Below, one piece after another: positions 63,590 through 64,000 of a DNA stretch of 64,000 nucleotides. Location of the stretch: NCBI GenBank assembly GCA_013265495.1, contig MU058423.1, forward strand, positions 6,734,939 to 6,798,938, written 5' to 3'. The number at the start of each line of letters is the position of its first letter. Positions within the stretch are counted from its first letter, which is position 1. The position numbers and the translations under genes were made by a program. Origin of the DNA: Vicugna vicugna. Taxonomy: Eukaryota. The notes beneath the pieces were generated by a model. That model was not told where the DNA came from. It saw only the letters and a list, made by a program, of their open reading frames with translations, and did no database searches.

Positions 63590-64000
63590 TGCTAATTTCA
63601 TCATCAGTGGAAGGTACCATCATCTCTCACTGAGCTATAGCAATAGCTTCCTAACTTGTCTCCCTGCTCCCATTATTCCACTCCTATAGTTTGAAGCAGC
63701 CAGAGTGAGCTTTCAAAAATATGTCAGGTCATATCTCAGAATCCTCAAAGGGACTCTCATCTAACTCAATAAAAGCCCAAATCCTTACATGGCCTGTGGA
63801 CTTTACAGAGGACCTGCCCTTCTCTCCCACCTCTCCCCTTTCACTTGCCCAGCCACAGGCACACTGGCATGCTTGATGTTTTATTGAGCATTTAAGACAC
63901 ATCCCCATGTGAGAATATTTGCATTGGCTGCTGCTTCTCTCAGGAACTTGCTTCCCCCAGATGTGGGCATGGCTTCCTCCCTCATATTCTTCAGATCTTT
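63590..64000 (+). mobile_element. L2 LINE 3' region (runs off window)
   Basis: ccatcatctctcactgagctatagcaatagcttcctaacttgtctccctgc...gcagccagagtgagctttcaaaa...cccaaatccttacatggcct...tggcttcctccctca. Confidence 0.9.

Overview
AT-rich, CpG-depleted mammalian DNA that is either a long intron or a gene desert. I recognise no protein-coding gene, tRNA, rRNA, CRISPR array or processed pseudogene; the ORF track consists of chance ORFs and transposon relics. Much of the window is a fossil record of eutherian interspersed repeats: old L1M/HAL1 (almost all on the - strand), L2, MIR, MaLR/ERVL LTRs (MLT1, MLT2, LTR33 with internal sequence, MER21-like), and hAT/TcMar DNA elements (MER5, MER47, MER112, MER117). 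There are also several younger + strand L1 pieces. Their 3' tails look cetartiodactyl and probably camelid, and I saw no Alu, B1/B2, Bov-A/BovB, PRE-1 or SINEC. Family names come from remembered consensus motifs, not a database search, and most boundaries are approximate. The most unusual structures are: (1) a composite of two identical 55-nt L1 tails flanking a 124-nt CpG-retaining insert (35903-36249); (2) an L1 that kept only its 5' UTR and ORF1 start (59108-60947); (3) several + strand splice-signal candidates in unique sequence, including polypyrimidine-CAG|GTAAG recursive-splice-like sites; (4) a CAA/CAG tract inside a stop-free frame; and (5) two strong inverted-repeat structures. None of these demonstrates a new biological system; they are testable leads.
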